From Blastocladiella emersonii ATCC 22665 (taxonomy: Eukaryota; Fungi; Blastocladiomycota): a stretch of 64,000 nucleotides of DNA. The stretch's first letter is position 1, and each line of letters opens with the position of its first letter. Below the pieces are notes generated by a model that searched no databases, had not been told where the DNA came from, and saw only the letters and a program-made list of their open reading frames with translations. The stretch lies in NCBI GenBank assembly GCA_025594325.1, contig JANHCV010000016.1:310001-374000 (forward strand), given 5' to 3'. Shown here one piece after another: positions 1 through 10,892 of this stretch. Position numbers and translations under genes: made by a program.

Positions 1-723
1 CCCCGTCTTCCAGACCAAGATGCTCGACATGCTCAAGCAGACTGGCCGGTGCGTTGTCCCCGCCGACCTGCTCCTCCCGTTCGATCGCTCACCGCAAAAC
101 GTAGCCCCGAGATGGTCGTCGGGTGGTACCACTCGCACCCCGGGTTCGGGTGCTGGCTGTCGAGCGTGGACGTGAACACGCAGCAGTCGTTCGAGGCGCT
201 GAACCAGCGCGCCGTGGCCGTGGTCGTGGACCCGATCCAGTCGGTCAAGGGCAAGGTGGTCATTGACGCGTTCCGCACCATCAACCCGCAGTCGCTCATG
301 CTGGGCCAGGAGCCGCGCCAGACCACGTCCAACATTGGCCACCTCAACAAGCCGTCGATCCAGGCCCTGATCCACGGCCTCAACCGCCACTACTACTCGA
401 TCGCCATCAACTACCGGAAAAACGACCTCGAGCAGCAGATGCTCATGAACCTGCACAAGAAGGACTGGACCGCCGGCCTCGTCCTCGAGGATTTCGCCGT
501 GCGCGCCGAGGCCAACGCCGGCGCCGTCAAGCAGCTGCTCGCCCTCGCCGACCTCTACAACAAGTCGGTCGTCGAGGAGCAGACCCTCACGGCGCAGCAG
601 CTCAAGGTCCGCCACGTCGGCAAGCAGGACCCGAAGCGCCACCTCGAGGAGAACGTCGACCGCCTCATGGCCGACAACATTGTGCAGACGCTCGGCACCA
701 TGCTCGACACGGCCGCCTTCTGA
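1..723 (+). CDS. RPN11: 26S proteasome lid deubiquitinase Rpn11 (JAMM/MPN+), 5'-truncated by the window edge; intron 49..104
   Basis: The spliced product reads [46 protein letters not shown], containing the JAMM HSHP...S..D motif. Intron GTGCGT...GTAG is 56 nt and restores the frame. Confidence 0.97.
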   Translation, partial: PRLPDQDARHAQADWPVRCPRRPAPPVRSLTAKRSPEMVVGWYHSHPGFGCWLSSVDVNTQQSFEALNQRAVAVVVDPIQSVKGKVVIDAFRTINPQSLMLGQEPRQTTSNIGHLNKPSIQALIHGLNRHYYSIAINYRKNDLEQQMLMNLHKKDWTAGLVLEDFAVRAEANAGAVKQLLALADLYNKSVVEEQTLTAQQLKVRHVGKQDPKRHLEENVDRLMADNIVQTLGTMLDTAAF

Positions 724-834
724 GAGTGTACGCGGAGAGTACAGATCGAGAGATGAATACACTGCTTGGTGATGATTGGACAAGCGAGTCGCGCGCGCAA
801 CGAAATGTATTCACAAGCAAGCAAGCTACACCCC

Positions 835-1734
835 CTACTCCTTCTTGAACTTTTCGGCAAAGTAGGCCTTGACCTGGTCGCCGCCAAACACCATGCACAC
901 GGTGAGGTACACGGACAGGCCGATGCGCGGGGTAACGCCGCGGTAGAAGCCGAGGAAGCCGTTGTTCTGGTAAATGTACTTTGCGGTCGTCCAGATGTTG
1001 AGGTTGGCGGGGCGGTCGGCGGCCTTGGCGGCCGACTGCATCTCGACGCGGATCACCTCGATGGGCTGGTTCCAGCACGCGAGGGCGCCGCCGATCACCG
1101 ACGACGCGATGCGCTCGCCGACCGTCAGCTTGCGGTGCTTGTCGTCGCCCTTCATGACGCGCTCCGTGAGGCGCGAGATGCCGAGGCGCGAGCCCCAGTT
1201 GGTCATCTGGCGCACGGCCACGGCGCTCACGCCCTTGTTGAGGCCGCGGATCCCCTCGCGCCGGAACACGTCGGCGGCGACCGCCCACGTCGACTGGGTC
1301 GCGGCGCCCACGGCCTTGTGGCGCGTCACCTCGACCGTCTTCATGAACGTGCAGAAGCCCATGGTCGTGTACGCCTGCGCGAGCCCGCCGCCCATGCCGC
1401 CGACGAGCCCGGCCATGGCGGGCGACGCGTCGAGCTTGGTGCGCGCCTGGTACTCGATCTCGGACGACGCGAACAGCAGCACGCCGCCTTTCGTCGACGC
1501 CTCGATCCACGCCCACGGGATCAGGCCCTGCCAGAAGCCGGCCAGGCCGCCGCGCTGGTACGTCTTCTGGATCGCCGTCTTGAGGTTGTCGCCGCGGTTC
1601 GCCGCCATGTGCGTCTTGACCACCTCGAACGGCTGGCCCAGCGTCGACACCTCGAACGTCTGGATCGCGGCACCGATCGCCAGGTTCTGCCACGAGAAGG
1701 CCTTCTTCTGCACGACGTCGGTGGTGGTGGGCAT
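835..1734 (-). CDS. YHM2: Mitochondrial citrate/oxoglutarate carrier (SLC25), 299 aa
   Basis: Starts MPTTTDVVQKK at 1734. Yhm2-characteristic stretches EVSTLGQPFEVVKT, QGLIPWAWIEASTKG, TMGFCTFMKTVEVTRHK and RQMTNWGSR are present, as are carrier signature motifs. Confidence 0.93.
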   Translation of the reverse strand: MPTTTDVVQKKAFSWQNLAIGAAIQTFEVSTLGQPFEVVKTHMAANRGDNLKTAIQKTYQRGGLAGFWQGLIPWAWIEASTKGGVLLFASSEIEYQARTKLDASPAMAGLVGGMGGGLAQAYTTMGFCTFMKTVEVTRHKAVGAATQSTWAVAADVFRREGIRGLNKGVSAVAVRQMTNWGSRLGISRLTERVMKGDDKHRKLTVGERIASSVIGGALACWNQPIEVIRVEMQSAAKAADRPANLNIWTTAKYIYQNNGFLGFYRGVTPRIGLSVYLTVCMVFGGDQVKAYFAEKFKKE

Positions 1735-2520
1735 GGTGGAGGTGTAGCTACGCGAGCGTGGGCGTCCGTGAGCAAGCGGGAGGGCACGCAAGGGCGCAGC
1801 GAGCAGGATGCATACAGTCAAGTGAGCGCGTGTGGCGAGACGCGAGGACTTCTTGGCAGGGAGAGAGAGCGAGGTCCGAATCCAGGTCAGCCAGGAATAC
1901 GGAGGCGGGTCAAAGAGCGTGAACGCCTCCCGCTGAGCCGTGCCGCGCCGGCAGGTGACGTCGTCGCCCACCGATCAGATGCAGCAGGCCGGCACGAATT
2001 TTCAAGCGGATCCTGCGGGAGGCGCTACGCTCGGCTGCATGGTGCGATTCATGAGAGTTCATACCAGTGGGGTATTACGGACAGGGTCGAGGGGAGCGGG
2101 AGCAGGCTGCGAGCGGCCGGTCCCCTTGAAGCCGCGCTCGAGCCTCAAGCCTTGGGGACGCGTCCGCCGCCGCTGGCGTGATTCTGTCCCCAACGACGAG
2201 TCACAGCCCGACAACGACCAAAAATGAGGCGCGTGGTTGAGATTCCCTTTCGCGAGCGCCAAAGGGCTTGGCGACGCTCATTGGACGAGAGGCGGGGACG
2301 CGGGAGGAAGCGGAGACACGGCGTGCGAGACACCACGTGGCCCGCGCGAGACGCGTCGCGGCCGCCGACCTCGTTGCCTCCGCCATCACGCACACGATCA
2401 GAGCAAAGGCTGGCAGAACGAGCTTGGGCGCTGGCACCGCGACGAAACAGAACGTCACTCGGTGTCTTCGGCGGGTGAGCAGGCCGTGCCATCGCGTATC
2501 GCCGCGGGTCGGCCTTGCCC

Positions 2521-3001
2521 ATGTCCTTGCCTCGGGTGGTGCTGACGAGCGGCCCGATGTACCAAGTTGGACTCGTAGGAAAACGCTCTGTGGATGTGGA
2601 TCTGCTTCTTGCTCGTCGATCTCTCGAGTTTTCGACTCTGCCACGGCTTGAAAGTTGTCGATCTCGCCGCTCGACGACTCCCTCTCTCTCTTTTCTTTAT
2701 CACTCGGCCGCCGCGGACACACGCAAAATTGACGACGTCGTTGTGAACGACGCGTACGTTTCTCTTCACCTCCGTACCATCGCATGCGCGCCCTAACCTC
2801 ATTGATACTTATACATGCCGCTGGACACGTTCTTGTAGCGAGGGCCAGCCGTGCAAGCGCCTCAAGCCCACAACTGCTACTCGAGAAGGCGCGATCCTTG
2901 TCGACTCGCTGGACGTCCAGGTCTCTCCTGCCAGCTTCGCGACGCTCGCTCAGCGTGTTCGCAGCCGGAACCACGAGCAGCGCGTCACCCGCTTTGTTTA
3001 G
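2521..3001 (+). CDS. Putative small two-exon hypothetical protein (about 131 aa); intron 2754..2838
   Basis: GTACGT donor at 2754, CTAAC branch site and TTGTAG acceptor at 2838 join ORF 2515..2796 in frame to an exon with host-like codons (AEGQPCKRLKP...RVTRFV*). No recognisable homology. Confidence 0.35.
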
Positions 3002-3692
3002 CGGGTCCGAGAGCTTCCCCATCCGCCCTGTGGCCATGTACGCGTCGCGACGCGCCTCGGTGGAGGAAGAGTGATTGGGGGAGTGATTTGGCTTCGTGCG
3101 CCATCGCGACGCGCGGTGGCAGCAAGGGGACAAGCGAGGAGACAGCCCGCGAGACAATTTCCGGCCACGTGGCGGGCGCGAGACGCGTCGTGGAGAAAAC
3201 GCGCGCGTTTTTTCGCTTCCGCGCGCGGCAAGCTTGTTCCCCGCGTGCGGTGCTCCTGCCACGCCGTGCTCGGCCGTGAGATGGGACTGTGACGCGGTTG
3301 GTGCCCGTTCGTCGCCGGAACCGCTCGCTCTCCGCTCCCTCCACCACCAACACTCTCGGCCTGCACCAACGCATCGGCACTGCCTGCACGGCACCCTCCG
3401 AACGCATCCCGATCAGCTCGTCACGCCCGTCGTCGACCCGCTCGAGGTACCATCCGTGTCACCGCCGCCATCGATGCCGAAGCGCCCCGCTAACGCGCGC
3501 GCCGCACACTCCCGCGTGATCCCTGCAGCCGACCCGACGCCACCTCCGCCGACCAGCGAGCCTTCGCTTCGTTCGCCGACCCGCACCCGCACCCGCGCTC
3601 TCCCGCCCAGCCGAGGCTGCGCTCCGCGCATCGCCCTCCCGCTTCATGTAACTTGCCGCAACCGACCTGATCCGCAACACCGACTACCCGCC

Positions 3693-6600
3693 ATGGACGA
3701 CGGACCCATCGCCTCGCGCACCCGCGCGCGCTACGCGCAGCTCGGCATGCAGCTGCCATCGTTCGCGCCACCGATGCCACCGCTGCCGATGCCACCGCCA
3801 CCGCTATCGATGCCGCCGCTATCGATGCCGCCGCTCACGAACCCAACACCTCCCGGGACCGACGACCCCGCGACTCTTGCGACCCTCGACTCGCCGCTGA
3901 CGTCTTATGCTCCCTCCCCTCTCGGCGTCCTGCAGCAGCCTCCCGCCACCATCACCCCGAGTGCCACCGGCACCCTCGCCTCCCTCGCGAACGCCCTGAA
4001 CCTCTTCCCCTCCACCTCTACCAGTCCCGCTCCCGCCCCCGCCGCGGCCGTCGTCGAGCTCGCCCACCCGCCCGCCCCGCCGTCCTCGGGCCTCCTGCTC
4101 TCCCTAGAGCCACCGTACCCGGCCGCGCCTCCGCCCTCGTTCCTCTCGCGCACCCTCAGCCACATTGAGGCCCCGCTCGTCGCCGTCTCCGCCGCAACGT
4201 CTGCCGCTGTTGACCACGTCATCCCGGCACCGGCCCAGCACTGGATCCGTGCCTACCGCGAGTGGCTCGTCCTGGGCGCTTTGGTCTCCATCTACACTCT
4301 CTCCTCGTTCGAGATCGTTACTCTCCCGTTCCAACCGTACGTCGACCCTGTTCGTCTGACCCTCAGGTTGCCTCTCGGCTCACATTTCCTCATTGATACA
4401 GGTCCGATGAGTCCACGGTCAAGCTCGCCGCCCCGTGCGTCGGCGACCTCTGCCCAAGACCGGCGACCCTCGGCGCCAACGCCAAGGCGCCCATCGTCCA
4501 GCCCTTCGTCCAGCCCGCCGTCCCGCAGCCGGCCCCGGCCGCCGCCCCGCCCGTCCCCGTCGTCATCGAGGACTCGCTCCCGCTTCCACCAAAACCAAAC
4601 CTCGAGCTCGCGCCCGAGCCCGAGTCCGAGCCCAAACCGGCGCTCCCCGAGCTCATCATCGCCAAGACCGTCTACCCGACCTCGTCCATTGCCGTCTGGT
4701 CCGCGCGCGTCTTCTACGCGCCGCACGCCTGCTACACCTACTCGGTCCCTACTACCACCACGCCCCGTGTGCGCGTCGCCAAGGCACCCTCCCCACCTCC
4801 TGCTGCTCTCCCCGTCGACTCGCCCGCCGCCGAGGTCAAGCGCCCGGCACCTGTCGTGTGCACCGCCGACCGTCCCGTCGCGGTCCCCGTCGACGACGAG
4901 CCGGTTCCCGCAGCCGTTTCGGCTCCCCTCGACAACGACAAGCCTATCGAGCCCATTCCCGTCGCGCAAAAGCCCGCCCCCGTCGTCGTTCCGCCGGCCT
5001 CGCCACCCGGTCGCCCGCCCAAGCGCACCCCGCTCGCCAACCGCTTCAAGGACCGCGACCAGTTCATCACGCGCCCGCGTCCCGCCGAGCCCGTCACGGC
5101 TCCGCCCGCGCCCCAGCACGCCGTTCCCGTTCCCGCCGGCTTCGATCGGAGCGGGTGGATCGCCTTTGCCACTGCCGCCATCATCTTCTCCGCCATCGGC
5201 TGGCAGTTCATGGCGCCGACAGCGCCCGCAGCCGAGACGCCCGAGGTCTCGGACGAGGAGCCCGTCACCGCCGACACGTCGCTCGAGCTCGACACGTCGG
5301 ACCTCGACCTGAACTCCGGGTACGCCGACCAGACGCTCACCGACGACGAGGCCTCGCGGTTTTTCTCGGTCGACGCCGAGCCCGCCAAGCAGAATCCAGA
5401 GACCACCACCGAGTCGGGTTCGCCCCTCCTCCAGCAGTACTCGCAGAAGAAGAAGCAGGACTCGAGTGTCTCGCTCGACGTGCCGTCCGATTTCACCCCC
5501 GTCCCCGCTCCGCCGTCCGCGCTGACGCCGCTCACCGAGAGTTCCGACGCGACCTCGGCCGCCACCGCCGGCCTTCTCCTCCCCGCCGCCGCGCCGCGCT
5601 CGCTCCCCGCCTCGCCGTCCCCGCTCATGGTCCCGACCCCGCGCGCCCGCAAGACGTCGGACCACGTGCGCTGGCCCGCCCAGGTCGTCCCGCCCGTGCT
5701 CCCGCCGCCGCTCCGCGCCGCGTCGCGCGGCGATCCCGAGCACATCTACGTCGCGTCCCCCGTCAACCCGAGCCTCGTCCCGCAGGGCCTCGCGCTCGGG
5801 CTCAGTCATGCAGCTGTCGTCGAGGGCGAGCGCACTACCCCGCCGCGGTACGCCACGCTCACGCCCGAACGCGAGCGCGAGGTCGACGCGCTCCCCACGC
5901 CCACGGCGTCGCCGGTCCGCGAGGTTCCGGCTAACGAGGTGTTTGGTACATCCAGCTGTATCTCTGACGCGTCCGCGTCGTCGTCGGATGCGGTGACGAC
6001 GCCGACCCGGTCCCCGCTCTCGTGGTCGCGCAGCTCCGCACTCGGGTCGCCCGCTCGCGCGACCTCCTCCGTCACCACCACCGCCGCGGCCAGCGGCGCC
6101 GCGACGCCCCTCGCGTCGTCGACCGGCAGCCTCGACGGGTGGAACATGGTGTCGGACCCGTTCGACCCGTTCCTGCAGCCGACGGTACCGTCGCTCGTGT
6201 TCCGCCGTCCTGCGGCCGCTTCTCCATCGGCTGACTCGGGGTCGTCCCCGCGCGACTTCCAGCTCCAGCTCCCCGCGCCCACGCAGCAGCTGCCGTCCAT
6301 GATCCCCGTCCCGTCGCGCACCAACAGCAGCAGCGGCAGCGGCAGCAGCACGCCGACCTCGACCATGGCCTCGGGCATCCCGCGCCCCGTCGCCTCGGGC
6401 ATCCCGCGGTCGCGGTCCGGCACCGCGCCGTCGCCGCTGTCGTCGAGCCCGGTCCCCGTGCATCACCACCACACGTGGACCGCGGCCAACACCGCCGGGT
6501 TCCGCGAGCGATCCGCCACCGCGTCGAGTACCGAGACCGTCGTCGCGCCGGAGCTCTCGGCGTCGCCCCCGCCGGCGGCCCCGCAGCTCCCGCCCGTCAT

Positions 6601-8297
6601 CAAGCGCGCGTCGTCGATCCCGGTCCTCGCCGCCACCATCGCCGCGCCCGCTGCGCCTGCGCCTGCGCCTGCACCCGCCGCGCCCCCTGCGCCCGCCCCC
6701 GTCGAGGATGAGTACCGCGAGCCGACGGCCGAGGAGTTTGAGGCCGAGGAGCGGCGGCAGCACTGGAACACGCGGTGGCTCGCGCTGCTCGGGTCGCTGC
6801 TCGACGCGCGCGACGCCAGCGTGCTCGCGTACAAGTACCGCCCCGAGTCGGGCGACCGCCGCGAGGAGTACAAGCTGCTCGACAACGAGACGTGCAGCGT
6901 GCTCCGGCTCGTGGATCTCGACAAGGGCGAGGTACGGACTTTGGGGGAGTGCTGAGTGGTTTGACAAATTGCTGACTCGGGAACCTGTCGTGTTGTAGCC
7001 GTACGTCGCGCACATCTACAAGCCCGAGCTCGCCGACGGCGTACGCAAGTGGGCCGAGCTCGTCGGCGCGTGCAACCGGCCCGCCGAGGCCGACCACGAC
7101 GGTGACGACTCGGCGGCCAACACCACGGTCACCAGTGTCTCCTCGTACGGCGACTCGAGCTTCCACACCCCTACCACTCCCGCGGCGTCCGCGTACGTGA
7201 CGTCGCCCCCGCCGCCGCCGCCGCGCACGCTGCTCTCGTCGCCGACCCGCAGCATCGCGAGTTCCACTAGCAGCACGTCGAGTTTGGGCAGTGGCCGCCC
7301 GCCGTCGCCCACCGTCTCGTCGTCGACGGCCGGCGGCCGCGACATCCCGGCGCTCGCGACGACGCACCTGTTCTCGCTCGCCGACGGCGGCGTCGTCCGC
7401 ATCACGCCCGGGTACCGCGTGTCGGCGGCGCAGCTGCTCGCGCACGCCGAGAAGCACCGCCGCCAGAACAGCTCGGCCATCAGCGAGGCCGTCCTGTGGA
7501 AGACGCTCAAGTGCGTCGCCCGCACGCTGCGCGGGATCCTCGACCACTGCGACCGCGCGCACGAGGCCGAGCAGACGGCGGCGGCCGAGGCCGAGGCCGC
7601 CGCGCTGTTCGCGACCCCGCCGCCGTCCCACGCTAGCGTGTTTGATCTCGAAAGCGGGAGCGGGAGTGACGCCGACACGTCGGTCCTGTCGGCGGCGTCG
7701 ACGCAGCGCACCGTCACGTCCGCCGCCGATACCCGCGTCCGCACGACCGTCGACCCGGCGGACCCGTGGGTGCGCGGCATGCACGTCGACCTTGCCGCCG
7801 AGATCGTGTCGGACGCGAAGCTCAAGGCCGGGTTCGCCGTGATCGCGATCCTGCCCGCCCCCGACACGGACCCGGACGTGCCCGTCGGCCTCAGCGTCGC
7901 GCGGTTCATTGCGCGCCTCGTCGAGCCCCGCGCCCACGACAACTACTGGGAGCCGCAGCTCGAGGGCCTCATCTCGCCCGAACTCGCCGCCGCTCTCACC
8001 GCGCTCGCCCGCGCGACCACGGTCCCGCTCGTCCGCGCCGCCACCGCCAACGTCATGTCTCAGGCCGCCAAGTGGCACGCTCGCACGCGTCGTGAGGCCA
8101 GGGCCGCGGCGACGGGGCGCGCGCCGCCCACGTCGCCTACTGGGATCCCGTCCGCTGCGACGACAACTGCGGGTGCGGGCTCGGGTACCGCGACGCCCGT
8201 CGTTGGGCCGGGCATCGCGCTCCGCCGGATCCCGTCCATGAGCGGGCCCGGTGCGCGGCTTGCGGGGCCGCGGGCGTTCTCCTCCTCGTCGTCGTGA
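3693..8297 (+). CDS. Large Pro/Ser-rich protein (about 1,490 aa) with two predicted TM segments and tandem SxIP motifs; exons 3693..4336, 4402..6931, 6999..8297
   Basis: Introns 4337..4401 and 6932..6998 have canonical signals and join three ORF-track segments in frame. Hydrophobic segments WLVLGALVSIYTL and GWIAFATAAIIFSAIGW. Confidence 0.75.
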
Positions 8298-9193
8298 TCT
8301 TCTGTACCTTCTCTATTCATACCGTTCCGTTCCGTTCGTGGCATCCATCCATTCCATTCCTCCCCAACCCAACCCACCACCTCCTTAATTATCTATCGAC
8401 CTACCCCCCTCCCTCCCAAGCAAACAATATATAACCCTGGGCTGTATCTCAAACGGGGTCGTTGAGAAGGAAGAGATGGCCGTGGCCGTTGTGGACAGCG
8501 GGGCCGCGTGGTCTCCGGCCATCACCACGGCCGGGATGAGGGCTGGAGGGCCTGAAGGGGCACATCTGCTCCAAGTCAAGTTTGGCCAAACGTCAGCATA
8601 AAAGGCCTTCGCGGGAGCCTTCGCCGAGCGCGTCGCGATCTCGACCTTGCCTCGCTCGCACACAAGACATCTTGCCCAGGCCGTTCCTGAGGCCGTTCAC
8701 AGCACTCTGGGTCATCAGCTGGCACCTCGCGCCGCGTCCGGCCATCAACGACTGGCGCGTGGCCGCCGCTCAGTCTCGATGGCCGCGATGATGATCATGG
8801 CCAAGCTGTCACCGCCTTGACACGAACTCTGACGAAGCTCAAGTGATCAGGGCTCTCAGCCAACTCAACGTCTTCTGCTCAAACGCTTCTCAAAGTCCAC
8901 GAAGGCCTTGTTCGTCCAAGTTTGACGAGAAAAATCTCGTCGTTCGCAACGAAAGGACGAGCTTTTCGGGTTCACAAGCAAAATCGCGAGGTGATGAACA
9001 TGGTCCGTTCGCGCGCTTTTGCACGATCGGGAGCGTGGAGCACCGAGGTGAACCGTTCAAGGCGGACTCGGCCGAGGAGCGGACGCAACAGGAGAGAGCG
9101 AGAACGGGAATTTGCTAGTGATCAGAGGAAGTGGGACAGCGTATATTACTACGCTACTGCCAAATGCGCGCAGGCAATGAAGATGCACCCAGA

Positions 9194-10616
9194 TTACTGG
9201 CGGGCGTGAAAAGCCGCCTTCTTCTGCTTGACGCGGTCGCGGCGCTGCTTGAGGTTGAGGCGCTGCTTCTTGAACTTCTTGGCCTGGGCAATGTCGATCT
9301 GGACAGTCGACTTGACGGCCTCGGGGTTGGCGCGGATGGCCTCGTGGGCCTTCTCGTACACCTCCTCGACGTCGTCGGCCGAGATGCCGGCGGCGATGTA
9401 GCGCGAGAACTGCTTGGCGTACTTCTCCTCGTCCTCCTCCTGGAGGTAGCGCATGTACTCGGCAACGTGGCCGCCGAAGATGTACGAGCGCAGGGTGTCG
9501 GCGTCGAGCTCCTTCGACTCGCGGTCGTAGCCGGGGAAGCGCTGCTCCGAGTGGGGGACGAAGATACCGCCGTCCGAGGCACCCTTCATGGCGGCAAAGA
9601 CCTTGGCGCCGGTGGTGGTGCGGGCGAGACCGACATCGAGGAAGGCCTTGAAGGGGCGGGGGCCGTCCTCAAGGGGCTCGACCTCGGCGACCGTGCCGTC
9701 GGGGTTGACGAAGCCCTCGTACTTGTCGTCGAGCTTGAGCTTCTTGAGGGCACGGCGGGCAACGAGCAGGCCGGTGGCGTAGGCGGCAGCCCAGTTGGTG
9801 AGACCGACCTTGACGCCGAAGCGGGGGAGCTCGTGCGAGTAGGCAGCGGTGAGAACGAAGTCACCCTGGATCTTCGAGTACACGATCTGGGCGATCACAT
9901 CGTTGTTGGTGATGCGGACGACGAGGCGGTACTTGGGCGAGTTGTACTTGTTCTTGGCCTGGGTGACGAGGCGCTTGCGGGCGTAGTAGTCGGTCTTGCC
10001 CTCTGGAGAACGAGAAGAGTGGGGGGAACAAGTCAGCGAGCTGTTTTGTGTCATCGGATCGTGTCGAGCGCATGCGGAACCGGTTGGCACGAGCGGGCCA
10101 ACGAGCAGCAGAGCGAGCAGGGGAAGAGCGCGCCAAAAGTAGCAGAGACGATGCGTCCCGGAGGAGAATCGTCAGATAGGAGCGAAAGACTATAGATGCT
10201 ATAAGTAGTCGACATTGCCGGTTCAGATGAACTATGCGGTCATCATGAGACTCCACACGGGCGAACGTCTCGGCTACTTTCGGCGGCTCCTGCTGCTGCT
10301 GTTTCTGCTCGCGCACACGGCGGTTCCGCGCATCACAAAAGTCAGCAAATCGATGCGTACCGCGGCGACGGCGGTACTTGACCTGGTAGCGCTTGAAGTA
10401 CGCCTTGTTCTTGACAACCTTGACGAACACCTGCACAGCGCGAGCACGAGGTTCTGGGAGCGTCAGCCGCGGGGAGTTCTCGAGGAGCGGGCGGGTATCG
10501 CGCGGTCGTCACGCCGAGCCATCCGCCGCGGCGCCGCACGCATGGCGACACCGACGGTCGGGGTTCGGCGCGAGAGCGACAGTCGAGCGATGCATGGTGG
10601 GGCGTCAAATAACCAT
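9194..10616 (-). CDS. RPL5: 60S ribosomal protein uL18 (L5), 293 aa; exons 10614..10616 (ATG only), 10361..10430, 9194..10002
   Basis: [54 protein letters not shown]. Introns 10431..10613 and 10003..10360 have GT..AG ends and restore the frame. Confidence 0.97.
10163..10254 (-). ncRNA. Intronic box C/D snoRNA, snR60/U80 (SNORD80)-like double guide for LSU rRNA
   Basis: Sense strand reads ggag-tctc-ATGATGA (box C)-ccGCATAGTTCAt-CTGA (D')...ATGTCGA (C'-like)...TAGTCTTTCGCTCCTAT-CTGA (D)-cgatt-ctcc. Both guides complement conserved LSU rRNA sequences (GUGAACUAUGC; AUAGGGGCGAAAGACUA), recalled from memory. Confidence 0.9.
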
Positions 10617-10742
10617 TTTGATAACCGGCCGTGGACGGGAGGGAGTGTCGAGCGATGCGGCCTGGTCCGCTTTTGAGGCGGGGTTGCTCGCTGGCAGGGA
10701 AGCTGGCTGGCCAAGCGGGCGGGTAGTGGCTGAGCGCCACAA

Positions 10743-10769
10743 CGTGACCTCTAAGCCTAAACCTAACCA
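10743..10769 (-). promoter_or_regulatory. Telobox-like TTAGG triplet plus GTCACG upstream of RPL5
   Basis: Gene-sense sequence GGTTAGGTTTAGGCTTAGAGGTCACG lies about 130-150 nt upstream of the RPL5 ATG. A regulatory role is inferred only. Confidence 0.3.
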
Positions 10770-10892
10770 GTCTCGAGGTCGCGACCAGCTCGCTCCCTTG
10801 CTTGCGGCCCAGCTCGCGACCGCCCTGAAGACTGCAACGAGTGCGCTGACGGACTGATCGATAAATTATGAATACAAATGGGTCTACTGATA

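Noticed and set aside
8385-9118. AT-richer segment with short coding-like fragments between the large membrane protein gene and RPL5
   Set aside because: Frames are short and broken with no diagnostic motif; it cannot be distinguished from UTR or intergenic DNA.
10431-10613. Possible second snoRNA in the 183-nt RPL5 intron 1 (GTGACGA...CTGA)
   Set aside because: The CTGA is part of the branch site, the span is short and no rRNA complementarity was recognised.
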